A stretch of 32,000 bases of DNA from Desulfocapsa sulfexigens DSM 10523. GTDB lineage: Bacteria > Desulfobacterota > Desulfobulbia > Desulfobulbales > Desulfocapsaceae. Below are positions 18,806-28,248 of the stretch, piece after piece. Below the pieces are notes generated by a model. That model had not been told where the DNA came from. It ran no database searches and was given only the letters and a program-made list of their open reading frames with translations. The translations under genes and the position numbers were made by a program. The stretch spans positions 3,750,001 through 3,782,000 of the forward strand of contig NC_020304.1 of the NCBI RefSeq assembly GCF_000341395.1. The letters run 5' to 3'. Position 1 is the stretch's first letter, and each line of letters opens with the position of its first letter.

Positions 18806-19636
18806 CTAGATTAACTTCGAGAAACCCTTCGAAGGTAATGTTTTACAACTTTTCTCTACATCATCTAGTATTTTATAAGCTATACTTTTCAAATCATCCG
18901 GTTTCTCTGGATGCCACAAATGATATACTGTACCTTTCCGCGGCAGAAAGCCACACGATATACCACTATTGTTTAAACGCGCCATAAAATCCCAATCTTC
19001 AACACCATAGCCTTCAAAACTGCTGTCAAAACCATCAATAGTGAAAAAATCTGTTTTATAAGTAGCTATACAAAAGCCAGCCATACCCCGGAAATTTTGT
19101 GGAACACCTCCCGGTTGCCGATTACGCAGAGGAAAAAGATAACGCCATCCCGGAAGACGCTTTTGCATTGCCTGAAAGGCAAAAAAAAACCCTTGCAAGC
19201 TACTGCAAGTACATTTTCCTGACAAAAGTTCCGAAGAAATTCTTTCATCTAGCTTAACACGCCGCCCTCCGATAAACCAACCAGGGATCATATGTTTTCG
19301 AAGTGTCTTAAAAAAATCATTAGGCAACAAAATGTCATGATCTATAAACAGTAGTATTTCACCGTTTGCAAAGGAAACAGCATTGTTTCGAGATCTAGCC
19401 AGCCGGAACCCTTTATCTTCTTGCCACGCGCGAACTATACGAAACGGAGCAACTTCCTCCCACTTCTTTAAACGTTCCAAGGATTCAGGATTACTCGAAC
19501 CATCATCAGCAAAAATTATCTCTACAAAAGGATCATTATTGTCAATAATACTTTGCACACAACAATCAAGTTGTTTCCCACAATTATATGTAGCCAAAAT
19601 AACTGATATTTTCACACTATCCACTCTGTTTGCCAA
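18806..19636 (-). CDS. GT2 family glycosyltransferase with C-terminal galactosyltransferase-like domain
   Basis: ISVILATYNCGKQLDCCVQSI, GEILLFIDHDILLP, FTIDGFDSSFEGYGVEDWDFMARL. Confidence 0.93.
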   Translation of the reverse strand: MANRVDSVKISVILATYNCGKQLDCCVQSIIDNNDPFVEIIFADDGSSNPESLERLKKWEEVAPFRIVRAWQEDKGFRLARSRNNAVSFANGEILLFIDHDILLPNDFFKTLRKHMIPGWFIGGRRVKLDERISSELLSGKCTCSSLQGFFFAFQAMQKRLPGWRYLFPLRNRQPGGVPQNFRGMAGFCIATYKTDFFTIDGFDSSFEGYGVEDWDFMARLNNSGISCGFLPRKGTVYHLWHPEKPDDLKSIAYKILDDVEKSCKTLPSKGFSKLI

Positions 19637-19676
19637 AACAATTATTCTGTTGCACCACCAAAAGTGTTAACAACAT

Positions 19677-20321
19677 TCACCCTTCGTCAACAAACCGGAT
19701 AAATTGAGGATAAAATTTCTTTATAAAATCCATCGCATCCTGTTTCGCCTGATTGGTATTATCAGAACCCAATGGCACTGAAACCCGAACAAAAGCGTGC
19801 TGTTCCCCACGATCAGTAAGTTTATTATAGGCAACATTCGTTTTATTTTTAAATGCCTTCGTATTTGTATCATGATGGGCCTGAAACCAATACAAAACAA
19901 GTTCCTTTTGACCACCTAACGAGGTTATGATCTCATTGTAGTGAATAACGAATGGATCAATGTTGACACTTAAATTAGGCACTTGTTTTTCAATCACCCA
20001 CCCCTGACTCGGGTAACAAATAAGCGGCGAGTGTGCAGCTGAGGCCTTATCGGCTGTATAATAATACCCGATATAAAGTGTTATTTTCCCATTTGGCCCC
20101 TGATAATCCGTAAACAAATAGTCATCCAACTGCAACAAACTGAGTACATTTTCTTCCATATCAACATGTCGAAGGGTCTTATATCCTTCAATGTGCTCAA
20201 AATATTGTTTTATTGGTGGTTTGCTGACATTTTCCGTAGCACTTCTGCTGTATATAAATACGCAGGTTACAGAGAATAACACACTCAATATCAATAATTT
20301 TCTGTTCATTTTTTTTCCCAA
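19677..20321 (-). CDS. epsI: EpsI family protein (exosortase-associated)
   Basis: N-terminal TM, ITLYIGYYYTADKASAAHSPLICYPSQGW, QAHHDTNTKAFKNKTNVAYNKLTDR...AFVRVSVP. Overlaps the exosortase gene. Confidence 0.88.
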   Translation of the reverse strand: MGKKMNRKLLILSVLFSVTCVFIYSRSATENVSKPPIKQYFEHIEGYKTLRHVDMEENVLSLLQLDDYLFTDYQGPNGKITLYIGYYYTADKASAAHSPLICYPSQGWVIEKQVPNLSVNIDPFVIHYNEIITSLGGQKELVLYWFQAHHDTNTKAFKNKTNVAYNKLTDRGEQHAFVRVSVPLGSDNTNQAKQDAMDFIKKFYPQFIRFVDEG

Positions 20322-21145
20322 AGCTCCAGTACCTTATGGATAAACAATAACATAATGAGGGCAATGGCAAAAACCAGTAAGCCAGTTAAGGTATGGAGAA
20401 ACCCTTCAGAAAGATCCAGCTGGAAGAAATAATAGAGGAGAATCATCGAGCTTACCCGAATGACATTCACAATAATTGCAATCGGTATACTGGTAAGGAG
20501 CAGAACAACTTTGGATACGTTCTTTTTCAGCATGAAATACCCCATAATCAAACTCAACGTCAGAAGAGTAATTATGGATCGCATTCCGCTGCATGCTTCT
20601 ACAACTTCAAAGCTTTTCCCCGGTGCGTTCATGACATTTCCTTCGCGCAGAATGGGAACACCAAAGAGTTCAACCAGGATCTCACTCAACTGTGAGACTT
20701 TCAGTTGCAAAGGAAAGGTGAGCTTAATATAGAGCTGGTCCGGGACCGGGATAAGAACCAAAAGAAGCACTAAAGGCATAAAAAGTGTCTTTATTGATTG
20801 AATACCGAGAAGATAAATTAGAACGCCAATAATCGTGAAATAGAACGACAGAGAAATAAAGGTAGGTACTTGAGTCAGTAAAGCAAAAAGGTACCCAATG
20901 GTTGACAGAATAACAAGAAACAGACCAAGCATTGAATAGTGTGGCTTGTCCTCAAGCAGGGTCGCTCTTTTACCCCACACCATATATAAAAGAATAGGAA
21001 GAGTTAAAAATGCATGGCTATACTCTTCAGAATTCGCCCACTTTCCAACAAGGATCTGAAAGACCGGAAAATAAGCGGCAACAAAAAATACAAATGCCAG
21101 CAAACCCGAAAATAGTACCCTGGTATTAAAGTGTTCAGGTCGCAT
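20306..21145 (-). CDS. epsH: Exosortase (EpsH/Xrt family)
   Basis: Polytopic membrane protein with catalytic motifs VVEACSGMRS (Cys), NVIRV (Arg) and GFLHTLTG (His). Start codon overlaps the upstream stop by 1 nt. Confidence 0.95.
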   Translation of the reverse strand: MRPEHFNTRVLFSGLLAFVFFVAAYFPVFQILVGKWANSEEYSHAFLTLPILLYMVWGKRATLLEDKPHYSMLGLFLVILSTIGYLFALLTQVPTFISLSFYFTIIGVLIYLLGIQSIKTLFMPLVLLLVLIPVPDQLYIKLTFPLQLKVSQLSEILVELFGVPILREGNVMNAPGKSFEVVEACSGMRSIITLLTLSLIMGYFMLKKNVSKVVLLLTSIPIAIIVNVIRVSSMILLYYFFQLDLSEGFLHTLTGLLVFAIALIMLLFIHKVLELWEKK

Positions 21146-22557
21146 CAGGCAGCCCCTTTCGTTTTCAAAACAGCAACAGGTGTTTTCAGTAGTATCTTAA
21201 AATCCAGCCATAAAGACCAGTTTTCAATATATTCAAGATCAAGCTCAAGCCATTTATGGAAAGGCAGGTCACTTCGTCCTGAAATCTGCCAGATACAGGT
21301 AAGCCCAGGTTTTACACTGAAGCGCCTGCGTTGAATCCCTTTGTCGAACAAATCCACATCTCTGATGGACATGGGTCTGGGGCCAACCAGACTCATGTCT
21401 CCACGTAACACATTGAATAACTGAGGGAGTTCATCGATACTGGTTTTCCGTATAAAATGCCCTACCCTGGTGATACGGGGATCATTTTTCATTTTAAAAA
21501 TTGGACCATCTGCTTCATTCAGGTGTTCTATTTCCTTTAGTTTTTCTTCAGCATCCACATACATTGAACGGAGTTTGAACATAGGAAAATATCGTTTTTT
21601 CAACCCTACACGTTGCTGGACAAAAAACATCGGTCCAGGCGAATCAATTTTTATAGCGATGCCAGCAACAGCCAGTATTGGCAGAACTACGGGCATTGCA
21701 AGCAGGGTAACTGAAAAATCAAAGACGCGTTTAAAGAGTAACTGTAAACTATCCTGGGCAACGGGCTCCAAGGTCAATAACGGTATTTGCCCCATCATGG
21801 TTAAAGACACTTTTGCCACATGGACATTAAACACATCGGCCATAAACCGTAACTTGATGCCTTCTTCCTCGCAGGCAAGGACAATTGGTTCTGCATCTTC
21901 CAGCATTGATCGTGGGATAGCAATTATCACCTCATCAATTACATGCTTTCTCAGACAGTCATCAATATTATCCAAAGATCCAATAACTTCCGCCCCATGT
22001 ATGAATTGCCCAACACGTGTTGGATCTGGATCAAGGTAACCAACTATCTTAATCCCCCAGTCAGCTTGATGTTCAAGTACTTGGATTAAATCTTTTGCTC
22101 TTTCACCAGTGCCTATAATCAAAACCTTTAACGAATTTGCCCCGCTTGCAAGGGATATCAAAAAATATCTTCTGACAAATATACGGAGGACAACAAGGGA
22201 AAGAAACTCGACACCGGCAAAGGTTAAAATTACAATCCGGCTGATATATTGAACATTAAAGAAGAAGAGGAGTGTCAGAAGAATACCTATTGCAAGCGAT
22301 ACTCCCCGGAATACTGACCATGCATACTTAGTATTGCTTGTATACTTGGGAAGGTCATAGGCACCGAAATATGACAAAAACGAAACAACTAATACCAGTA
22401 AAAGCGGTAAGAGAAAGAGATGGGTGGACAGATTGATATCTGCATTCGGGTGCAGAAAATTCCTGATCTGAAACGAGAGTAAAAAAACCACAACGGATAT
22501 AAGAACATCCATAAAAAAGACTGTTCTATCAAGTTCCATTGAACGATCATCATACAT
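21145..22557 (-). CDS. Undecaprenyl-phosphate sugar phosphotransferase (WcaJ/EpsB type initiating transferase)
   Basis: N-terminal TM bundle and CoA-binding-like domain (VLIIGTGERAKDLIQVL). C-terminal KIDSPGPMFFVQQRVG, FKLRSMYVDAE, LPQLFNVLRGDMSLVGPRP, VKPGLTCIWQISGRSDLPF. Confidence 0.95.
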   Translation of the reverse strand: MYDDRSMELDRTVFFMDVLISVVVFLLSFQIRNFLHPNADINLSTHLFLLPLLLVLVVSFLSYFGAYDLPKYTSNTKYAWSVFRGVSLAIGILLTLLFFFNVQYISRIVILTFAGVEFLSLVVLRIFVRRYFLISLASGANSLKVLIIGTGERAKDLIQVLEHQADWGIKIVGYLDPDPTRVGQFIHGAEVIGSLDNIDDCLRKHVIDEVIIAIPRSMLEDAEPIVLACEEEGIKLRFMADVFNVHVAKVSLTMMGQIPLLTLEPVAQDSLQLLFKRVFDFSVTLLAMPVVLPILAVAGIAIKIDSPGPMFFVQQRVGLKKRYFPMFKLRSMYVDAEEKLKEIEHLNEADGPIFKMKNDPRITRVGHFIRKTSIDELPQLFNVLRGDMSLVGPRPMSIRDVDLFDKGIQRRRFSVKPGLTCIWQISGRSDLPFHKWLELDLEYIENWSLWLDFKILLKTPVAVLKTKGAA

Positions 22558-22588
22558 TGCCTATACGCTCCCTGCCTTACAGATCATT

Positions 22589-22796
22589 TCAAGCACTATC
22601 CCTTAATATCTCAACAATATAGTCTTAAAAGTCTTTTTCCTGAAGTGGAAGACGCTCTTCAATTCTTGTCAAACAGCGTAGGATTGAATCTATTTTTTTC
22701 ACTACGTTTTGTGTTCGTACCTGTTGCGTAGGAACCAAACAAAATTGCCTGTTGAATATCAGGATCATTTTCCAGAAATTTTTTGATCCGTTCAAG
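22589..22796 (-). pseudogene. Degraded MNT-HEPN (MntA-HepT-like) toxin-antitoxin remnant
   Basis: Frame A (22796->22659): LERIKKFLENDPDIQQAILFGSYATGTNTKRSEKNRF..., matching the N-terminus of MNT nucleotidyltransferases (GS[YF]ATG motif), with no start codon and no downstream DxD. Frame B, downstream and overlapping (22693->22589): IDSILRCLTRIEERLPLQEKDF*DYIVEILRDSA*, resembling the start of HepT/DUF86 HEPN. Confidence 0.5.
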
Positions 22797-22806
22797 CGAT
22801 CTGCTG

Positions 22807-24114
22807 CTATTTTCTACCGAGTCCATAATAGGTAAATCCGGCGTCTGTTATTTGTTTAGGGGAGTAGACATTGCGTAAATCAACAAAGATTGAACCTTTC
22901 ATTTTTGCCTTTAAATCAGCAAGATCAAGAGCACGATACTGATTCCATTCAGTGAACAGGACAACCACGTCCGCACCGTCACAGGCCTCGTAAGCGTTTT
23001 CAACGTAGATAAAATTGGGATACAGTTTCTTCGCTTCTTTCATAGCCTGTGGGTCATGGGCACGTATTATGGCACCCTTTTCGGCAAGTGGTGGCAGTAT
23101 GGAGAGTGGCGGTGATTCACGTAAATCATCGGTTTCAGGCTTAAAGGCGAGTCCCAGTGCGGCAATGGTTTTTCCCGCTTCATTGCCACCCAGTGCGTCT
23201 CGGATTTTTTTGACCATTCTGGCCTTTTGGGCAGAGTTAATTTCAACGGCGGCTTCAACAGAACGTGCAGTCACTCCGTGTTCCTGAGCAATTCTCAGCA
23301 ATGCCAGGGTATCCTTTGGAAAACAGGATCCACCATATCCTGGCCCCGGATGAAGAAATTTACTGCCTATTCTTCCATCAAGTCCTACACCTTTTGCCAG
23401 ATCTACGACATCGGCATCGACTTCTTCACAAAGAGTGGCCATTTCATTAATAAAAGAAATTTTCATGGCCAGAAATGCATTGGCTGCGTATTTGATAAGT
23501 TCCGCGGATTCAAGTCCTGTAAAAACAAATGGTGTGGAAAGGAGAAAAAGTGGATTATACACTTCTCTCATTATTTCACGGGCTTTTGCAGAATCTGTTC
23601 CAACAACTACCCTGTCAGGTCTCATAAAATCATTGATTGCCGCACCTTCACGCAAAAATTCCGGATTCGAAGCCACATCAAAATCAGCCTCCGGATTTTC
23701 CTCGCGAATGATGCGCTGCACCTGCCTCGCTGTCCCAACCGGCACGGTACTCTTATCAACAACCACCGTATAGTCTGTCAGATGCTTTGCAATATCCTTT
23801 GCAGCCGCATAAATATAAGTCAAATCAGCATAGCCATCCCCTCTTCTTGAGGATGGGGTACCAACAGCTACAAAGACAGCCTGTGCTGAAGGCACACAGT
23901 CGGCCATATCTGAAGAAAAGCGTAATCTCTTATCCTTAACATTTTTAGCGACAAGAACATCCAGACCCGGTTCATAGATTGGGATCTCACCATTTTTGAG
24001 CCGTTCAATTTTACCAAGATCCAAATCCATGCAGGTTACACGGTGACCAAATTCAGCAAGACATGCACCCGTTACCAGGCCAACATAGCCTGTTCCAATC
24101 ATTGTAATATTCAT
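22807..24114 (-). CDS. ugd: UDP-glucose 6-dehydrogenase
   Basis: MNITMIGTGYVGLVTGACLAEFGHRVTCMD, NPEFLREGAAINDFMRPDR, GPGYGGSCFPKDTLAL, GLAFKPETDDLRESP. Confidence 0.97.
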   Translation of the reverse strand: MNITMIGTGYVGLVTGACLAEFGHRVTCMDLDLGKIERLKNGEIPIYEPGLDVLVAKNVKDKRLRFSSDMADCVPSAQAVFVAVGTPSSRRGDGYADLTYIYAAAKDIAKHLTDYTVVVDKSTVPVGTARQVQRIIREENPEADFDVASNPEFLREGAAINDFMRPDRVVVGTDSAKAREIMREVYNPLFLLSTPFVFTGLESAELIKYAANAFLAMKISFINEMATLCEEVDADVVDLAKGVGLDGRIGSKFLHPGPGYGGSCFPKDTLALLRIAQEHGVTARSVEAAVEINSAQKARMVKKIRDALGGNEAGKTIAALGLAFKPETDDLRESPPLSILPPLAEKGAIIRAHDPQAMKEAKKLYPNFIYVENAYEACDGADVVVLFTEWNQYRALDLADLKAKMKGSIFVDLRNVYSPKQITDAGFTYYGLGRK

Positions 24115-24248
24115 ATAAAATCGGCTTCCTGTTTAAAAAATCGGTTTTGAGTTTGAAGTTTTCGATTTGCGAAAAAAAAATAATCTCATTGCTTCCCGCA
24201 GCATATCATACTGATAATATGAAAACAAAGCGATTATACACCCTTTGC

Positions 24249-25643
24249 TTACTGAATAACAGTATATCCTTGTGCTGACAATTTGCCAGTCAATTCACTT
24301 TGTGCTGCTTTTTCTCCGTGGACAAGCCTGATTGCACCGGGTTTAGCAGGCATAGCGGCCACCCAGTCGAGAAGTCCCTGTTGATCGGCATGGGCAGAAT
24401 AGCCAGTAAGTTTGTGAACCTTAGCCTTGACGGTTACTTTCTGTTGTTTCAGACGAACGTAGCCATGGTTATCTGCATACTGGAGGATGTCACGACCTGG
24501 GGTCCCTCTACCCTGGTATCCGATAAAAAGAATATCATTTTCTTTTTCAGCAAGCCCTGTGAGAAGATGGTCAACTATACGGCCTCCTGTGCACATTCCG
24601 CTTCCAGCAATAATAACAGCTGGACCGGGGTAATCCATAATCTGCTGATGTTCCCTAAAGTGTTTTACACTGAACAGGTTTTTGAAATCAAAGGGATGGT
24701 CATGGTCTGTCAGTAAAGACTTTGCCTCTTCGTCCCAAAACTCTGAGAGTTCATTGTAGGTTTCAGTGATCTCTAGCGCCAGTGGAGAATCCACAAAAAA
24801 CGGAACCGGTGCTTTTCCCTGCCCCTTTTTATGGAGCTCTGGAAAATGCTTATTCCATTTTTTGTCGCTGAAAAGTCTATCCAGATCATAGAGTAGTTCC
24901 TGGGTACGTCCCAAAGCAAAGGCAGGAATAAAGACCTTCCCCTTATCGGCAAGGCTTTTTACCAGGATAGTCCCCAGATGCTCCAGGCGCTGACTACGAT
25001 TTTCATGGAGTCGATCTCCATAGGTGGATTCCAAGATAAGCAGATCGCAGCCAGGTGGGGGATCCGGGTCTGGCAAAAGTGGCGTATTATAATTTCCAAG
25101 ATCACCTGAAAAAACCACCGACCAGATACTGTCCTGTGGCATGGAAATCTGTATGTATATAAAACTTGAACCAAGAATATGTCCGGCCTGGCCCAGGGTG
25201 AATTGAATTCCTTTTTTCAGGTTGAAACTTTGACCATATTCAAAACCCCACGACAAATCCTCAATGCTTGTTAACAATCTTGTTTTCTGGGCCGTGCTGT
25301 ATTCTGTAAACGAGAGTGCATCTCTAAGCAGAGGCAATAGCAGAGCTTTTGTTGCATGAGTACAGATAATCTCTCCCCGGAAGCCGGCTGTTATCAACTC
25401 TGGTAAACGACCAATATGATCAATATGGGCGTGAGTAAGAAAAAGATAATCTATATCGCTGGGATGGATTGGCCATTCCGTTAACGATTTAACATTGTCG
25501 TAGCCCTGAGCTGTACCGCAATCCACAAGAATTTTCACATCATCGGCTACAAGTAAATGACATGAACCTGTTACACTATCTTTTCCGCCCAGATGAATGA
25601 GGACCGGTTTTAGGTTTGCGGTTTGTGGTGTGCGGGAAGACAT
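24249..25643 (-). CDS. Beta-CASP metallo-beta-lactamase fold hydrolase (CPSF/YSH1-like RNA nuclease family)
   Basis: THAHIDHIGRLP, GQAGHILGSSF, FSGDLGNY, ILESTYGDR, PAFALGRTQELL, IAGSGMCTGGRIVDH, ...TGYSAHADQ, VHGE. Start set to 25643 (MSSRTPQTANL) because the listed ORF extension overlaps galE. Confidence 0.93.
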   Translation of the reverse strand: MSSRTPQTANLKPVLIHLGGKDSVTGSCHLLVADDVKILVDCGTAQGYDNVKSLTEWPIHPSDIDYLFLTHAHIDHIGRLPELITAGFRGEIICTHATKALLLPLLRDALSFTEYSTAQKTRLLTSIEDLSWGFEYGQSFNLKKGIQFTLGQAGHILGSSFIYIQISMPQDSIWSVVFSGDLGNYNTPLLPDPDPPPGCDLLILESTYGDRLHENRSQRLEHLGTILVKSLADKGKVFIPAFALGRTQELLYDLDRLFSDKKWNKHFPELHKKGQGKAPVPFFVDSPLALEITETYNELSEFWDEEAKSLLTDHDHPFDFKNLFSVKHFREHQQIMDYPGPAVIIAGSGMCTGGRIVDHLLTGLAEKENDILFIGYQGRGTPGRDILQYADNHGYVRLKQQKVTVKAKVHKLTGYSAHADQQGLLDWVAAMPAKPGAIRLVHGEKAAQSELTGKLSAQGYTVIQ

Positions 25644-25701
25644 GAGGGGGCCGGTTTGCGGGAGAGTGATAGTATCGGAACTCTTTACAAGGTACCTGAA
25701 A

Positions 25702-26715
25702 TCAGGAAAAACCATTAGGATTTTGTGACTGCCAGCGCCATGTATCTTCACACATTTCATCCAGGCCCCTGATGGCCATCCAGCCCAATTCCTTTGCAGC
25801 AAGCCCCGGATCAGCAAAACATCTGGCGATATCTCCTGCCCTGCGCTTTACTATTTTATAGGCAATATCTACTCCCGATGCACGTTCAAAGGCCTTAACC
25901 ATATCAAGAACGGAATAACCATGGCCCGTTCCAAGATTATAGATCACCACACCAGGTTGAGTTTTTAATTTTTCAAGGGCACTTAAATGGCCAAGGGCCA
26001 GATCAACCACATGGATATAATCTCTCACACCTGTACCATCCGGTGTTGGGTAATCATCTCCAAAAACTGATAGTTCCTGCAGTTTTCCAACTGCTACCTG
26101 AGCGATATAGGGCATCAGGTTATTTGGTATCCCATTTGGATCCTCTCCTATCATGCCGCTCTCGTGGGCGCCAATAGGATTAAAATATCGGAGCAGTGCC
26201 ACATTCCACCCTTGATCCGCCCTATGCAAATCCCTGAGAATATTTTCGGCTATGAGCTTGGTGCACCCGTAGGGATTAGTGCAGGAGAGTGGGAAGTCCT
26301 CTGTAATAGGAACAGTAGCAGGATCACCATAGACAGTAGCGGAAGAACTGAAAACAATATTTTTAACATTGTGCTCAGCCATGACACGAGTAAGATTGAG
26401 CGTACCAACAATATTATTTTCATAATAGCGTTGCGGTTGCTCTACTGATTCGCCAACAGCCTTGAGCCCTGCAAAATGGATTACCGATTCAATATCAGGA
26501 CAGGAGGCAAATACATTTTTTACAGCGTTTAGATCCAACAGATCTGCTTCAAAGAACTGTACTTTTTTCCCGGTTAACTCTTCAACTCTTCTCAGTCCTA
26601 TTAAATTGGAGTTAGACAAATTATCAAGGACAACAACCTGATTTCCTGACTTTAACAGTTCAAGACAGGTATGACTTCCGATATATCCTGATCCACCGGT
26701 TACAAGAACATTCAT
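25702..26715 (-). CDS. galE: UDP-glucose 4-epimerase
   Basis: [68 protein letters not shown]. Confidence 0.97.
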   Translation of the reverse strand: MNVLVTGGSGYIGSHTCLELLKSGNQVVVLDNLSNSNLIGLRRVEELTGKKVQFFEADLLDLNAVKNVFASCPDIESVIHFAGLKAVGESVEQPQRYYENNIVGTLNLTRVMAEHNVKNIVFSSSATVYGDPATVPITEDFPLSCTNPYGCTKLIAENILRDLHRADQGWNVALLRYFNPIGAHESGMIGEDPNGIPNNLMPYIAQVAVGKLQELSVFGDDYPTPDGTGVRDYIHVVDLALGHLSALEKLKTQPGVVIYNLGTGHGYSVLDMVKAFERASGVDIAYKIVKRRAGDIARCFADPGLAAKELGWMAIRGLDEMCEDTWRWQSQNPNGFS

Positions 26716-26993
26716 TGATCAGCATTCCTTAAATTTCTGAGACTTTGTTTAGATACAAAAATGTGTTTTCACGGACACATAATAGTAAAAACAATTATAT
26801 ACACAACTTATTCTATACATAATTGAAGAGCAATACATTTCTGGTGAGTTAAAAAGACGAATACTTTCAACGGCCCCCCCCCACAACCACTTCAAAAAAC
26901 GAAGTCAAATTATACCATGGTAAATCTTCAGTAGAAGTGATAAAATTCACAAATCAATTATCCAATATATTTCTATATTCTCAGGTGGTTCCC

Positions 26994-28217
26994 ATGAATC
27001 TGGTATTTCAGACTATAAAATTACAAAGATTCCTATACACAATATGTTTTGTCTTTCTTTTTTCCCTGTCTCTGATTGCAGCGAACGCAAATGCATCCAC
27101 TCAAAACAATGAGGTTATCATTGACAATGGAGACCTTCTGTATGTCGTTATTCCAAAAGAGATTACCAGTGAGTTCAGTCCAACTGAAAAAAACTACTTT
27201 AAAGAGAAGGTGGAGGTTGACAGACATGGCTTTATTTTTCTACCAAGCCAGGGAAATATAAAGATTTCCGGTCACACCACGAAACAAATTAGTGATATAC
27301 TGACAAACAATCTTCCTAAATATCTCTCTAAAAGTGACAGGGCCTCGGTCAATCTCATAGAAAAAAGACACTATGTTCAAATCCTTGGCAATGTGTCAGC
27401 TCCCGGATGGTACAACATCCCGGAATCTGCAAATATCCAGACAATTCTCAGTCAGGCAGGGGGAGCTTCGGAGAACGCAGACCTTTCAAAGGTAAGCATA
27501 TCGAGAATAGAGGATGGCAAACACCAGAAAATTACTGCTGATATCCAACAGTACCTGTTGAAGGGTGACCCTCTGATTTTACCGCCACTCCATGAGAATG
27601 ACACTGTCTTTGTTCCTCTCTTTGACACAATAGCTGATACCGGTAAGTCAGTCAGTGATACATCAAAGGTACGGATTTTTGGAGCTGTAAACAATCCCGG
27701 TATTTACCCGGCACCTGAGGGAATGAGTTTTCTTGATCTTTTGATTACGGCCCATGGTGAAACAGTAAGTGCAGATTTAACAAACATAAAAATCATTCGA
27801 GCAGGTGGAGGCAAAGACACCTTCAATATGCAGGCATTGCTTGATAGTGATGGCTCGATGGAATCATCCGCCTTTCCAATTATTAAAGGTGGCGATATCG
27901 TGCATGTTCCGAGGAAAGTTCTTGTCACAAATGATGGCCGTAACAATTCCCTGGCGGTTCAGCAAACCATTACAATTACAGGACCTGGAAGTAGCAATCG
28001 TGGCCTGCGCGCCTTTACATCACCAATGACTCCCCTTGAGGCCATTTCCCAGGCAGGTGGAGTGAGTGATTTTGCCGATACAAACGATATGTTCATCATC
28101 CGCAGAGTAGATGGAAAACAGCAAAATCTACCATATAATTACGACAAGGCCCTGGAAGGGAAAGAACCTGATGTGGATTTTCAACTGCAAGCTGGTGATA
28201 TTATATATATACCGTAA
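26994..28217 (+). CDS. Polysaccharide export protein with multiple SLBB domains (Wza family)
   Basis: Likely start 26994 (MNLVFQTIKLQRFLYTICFVFLFSLSLIAANANA signal peptide). Export domain followed by VQILGNVSAPGWYNIPESANIQTILSQAGG, VRIFGAVNNPGIYPAPEGMSFLDLL and LQAGDIIYIP end. Confidence 0.88.
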   Translation: MNLVFQTIKLQRFLYTICFVFLFSLSLIAANANASTQNNEVIIDNGDLLYVVIPKEITSEFSPTEKNYFKEKVEVDRHGFIFLPSQGNIKISGHTTKQISDILTNNLPKYLSKSDRASVNLIEKRHYVQILGNVSAPGWYNIPESANIQTILSQAGGASENADLSKVSISRIEDGKHQKITADIQQYLLKGDPLILPPLHENDTVFVPLFDTIADTGKSVSDTSKVRIFGAVNNPGIYPAPEGMSFLDLLITAHGETVSADLTNIKIIRAGGGKDTFNMQALLDSDGSMESSAFPIIKGGDIVHVPRKVLVTNDGRNNSLAVQQTITITGPGSSNRGLRAFTSPMTPLEAISQAGGVSDFADTNDMFIIRRVDGKQQNLPYNYDKALEGKEPDVDFQLQAGDIIYIP

Positions 28218-28248
28218 CCCTCATTATCCTTTATTTTCAGAACAGCAA

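Noticed and set aside
21470-22039. 189 aa plus-strand ORF
   Set aside because: Fully antisense to the well-supported initiating sugar transferase; composition is typical of a shadow ORF with no recognisable domain.
23227-23850. 207 aa plus-strand ORF over ugd
   Set aside because: Antisense shadow of ugd; Cys/His-rich nonsense-like sequence with no domain signature.
24300-24716. 138 aa plus-strand ORF over the beta-CASP gene
   Set aside because: Antisense to a strongly supported CDS with all MBL/beta-CASP motifs.
25644-25817. 58-residue N-terminal extension of the beta-CASP ORF
   Set aside because: Overlaps the galE 3' end and has no MBL similarity; the internal Met at 25643 is followed by the conserved N-terminal MBL strand.
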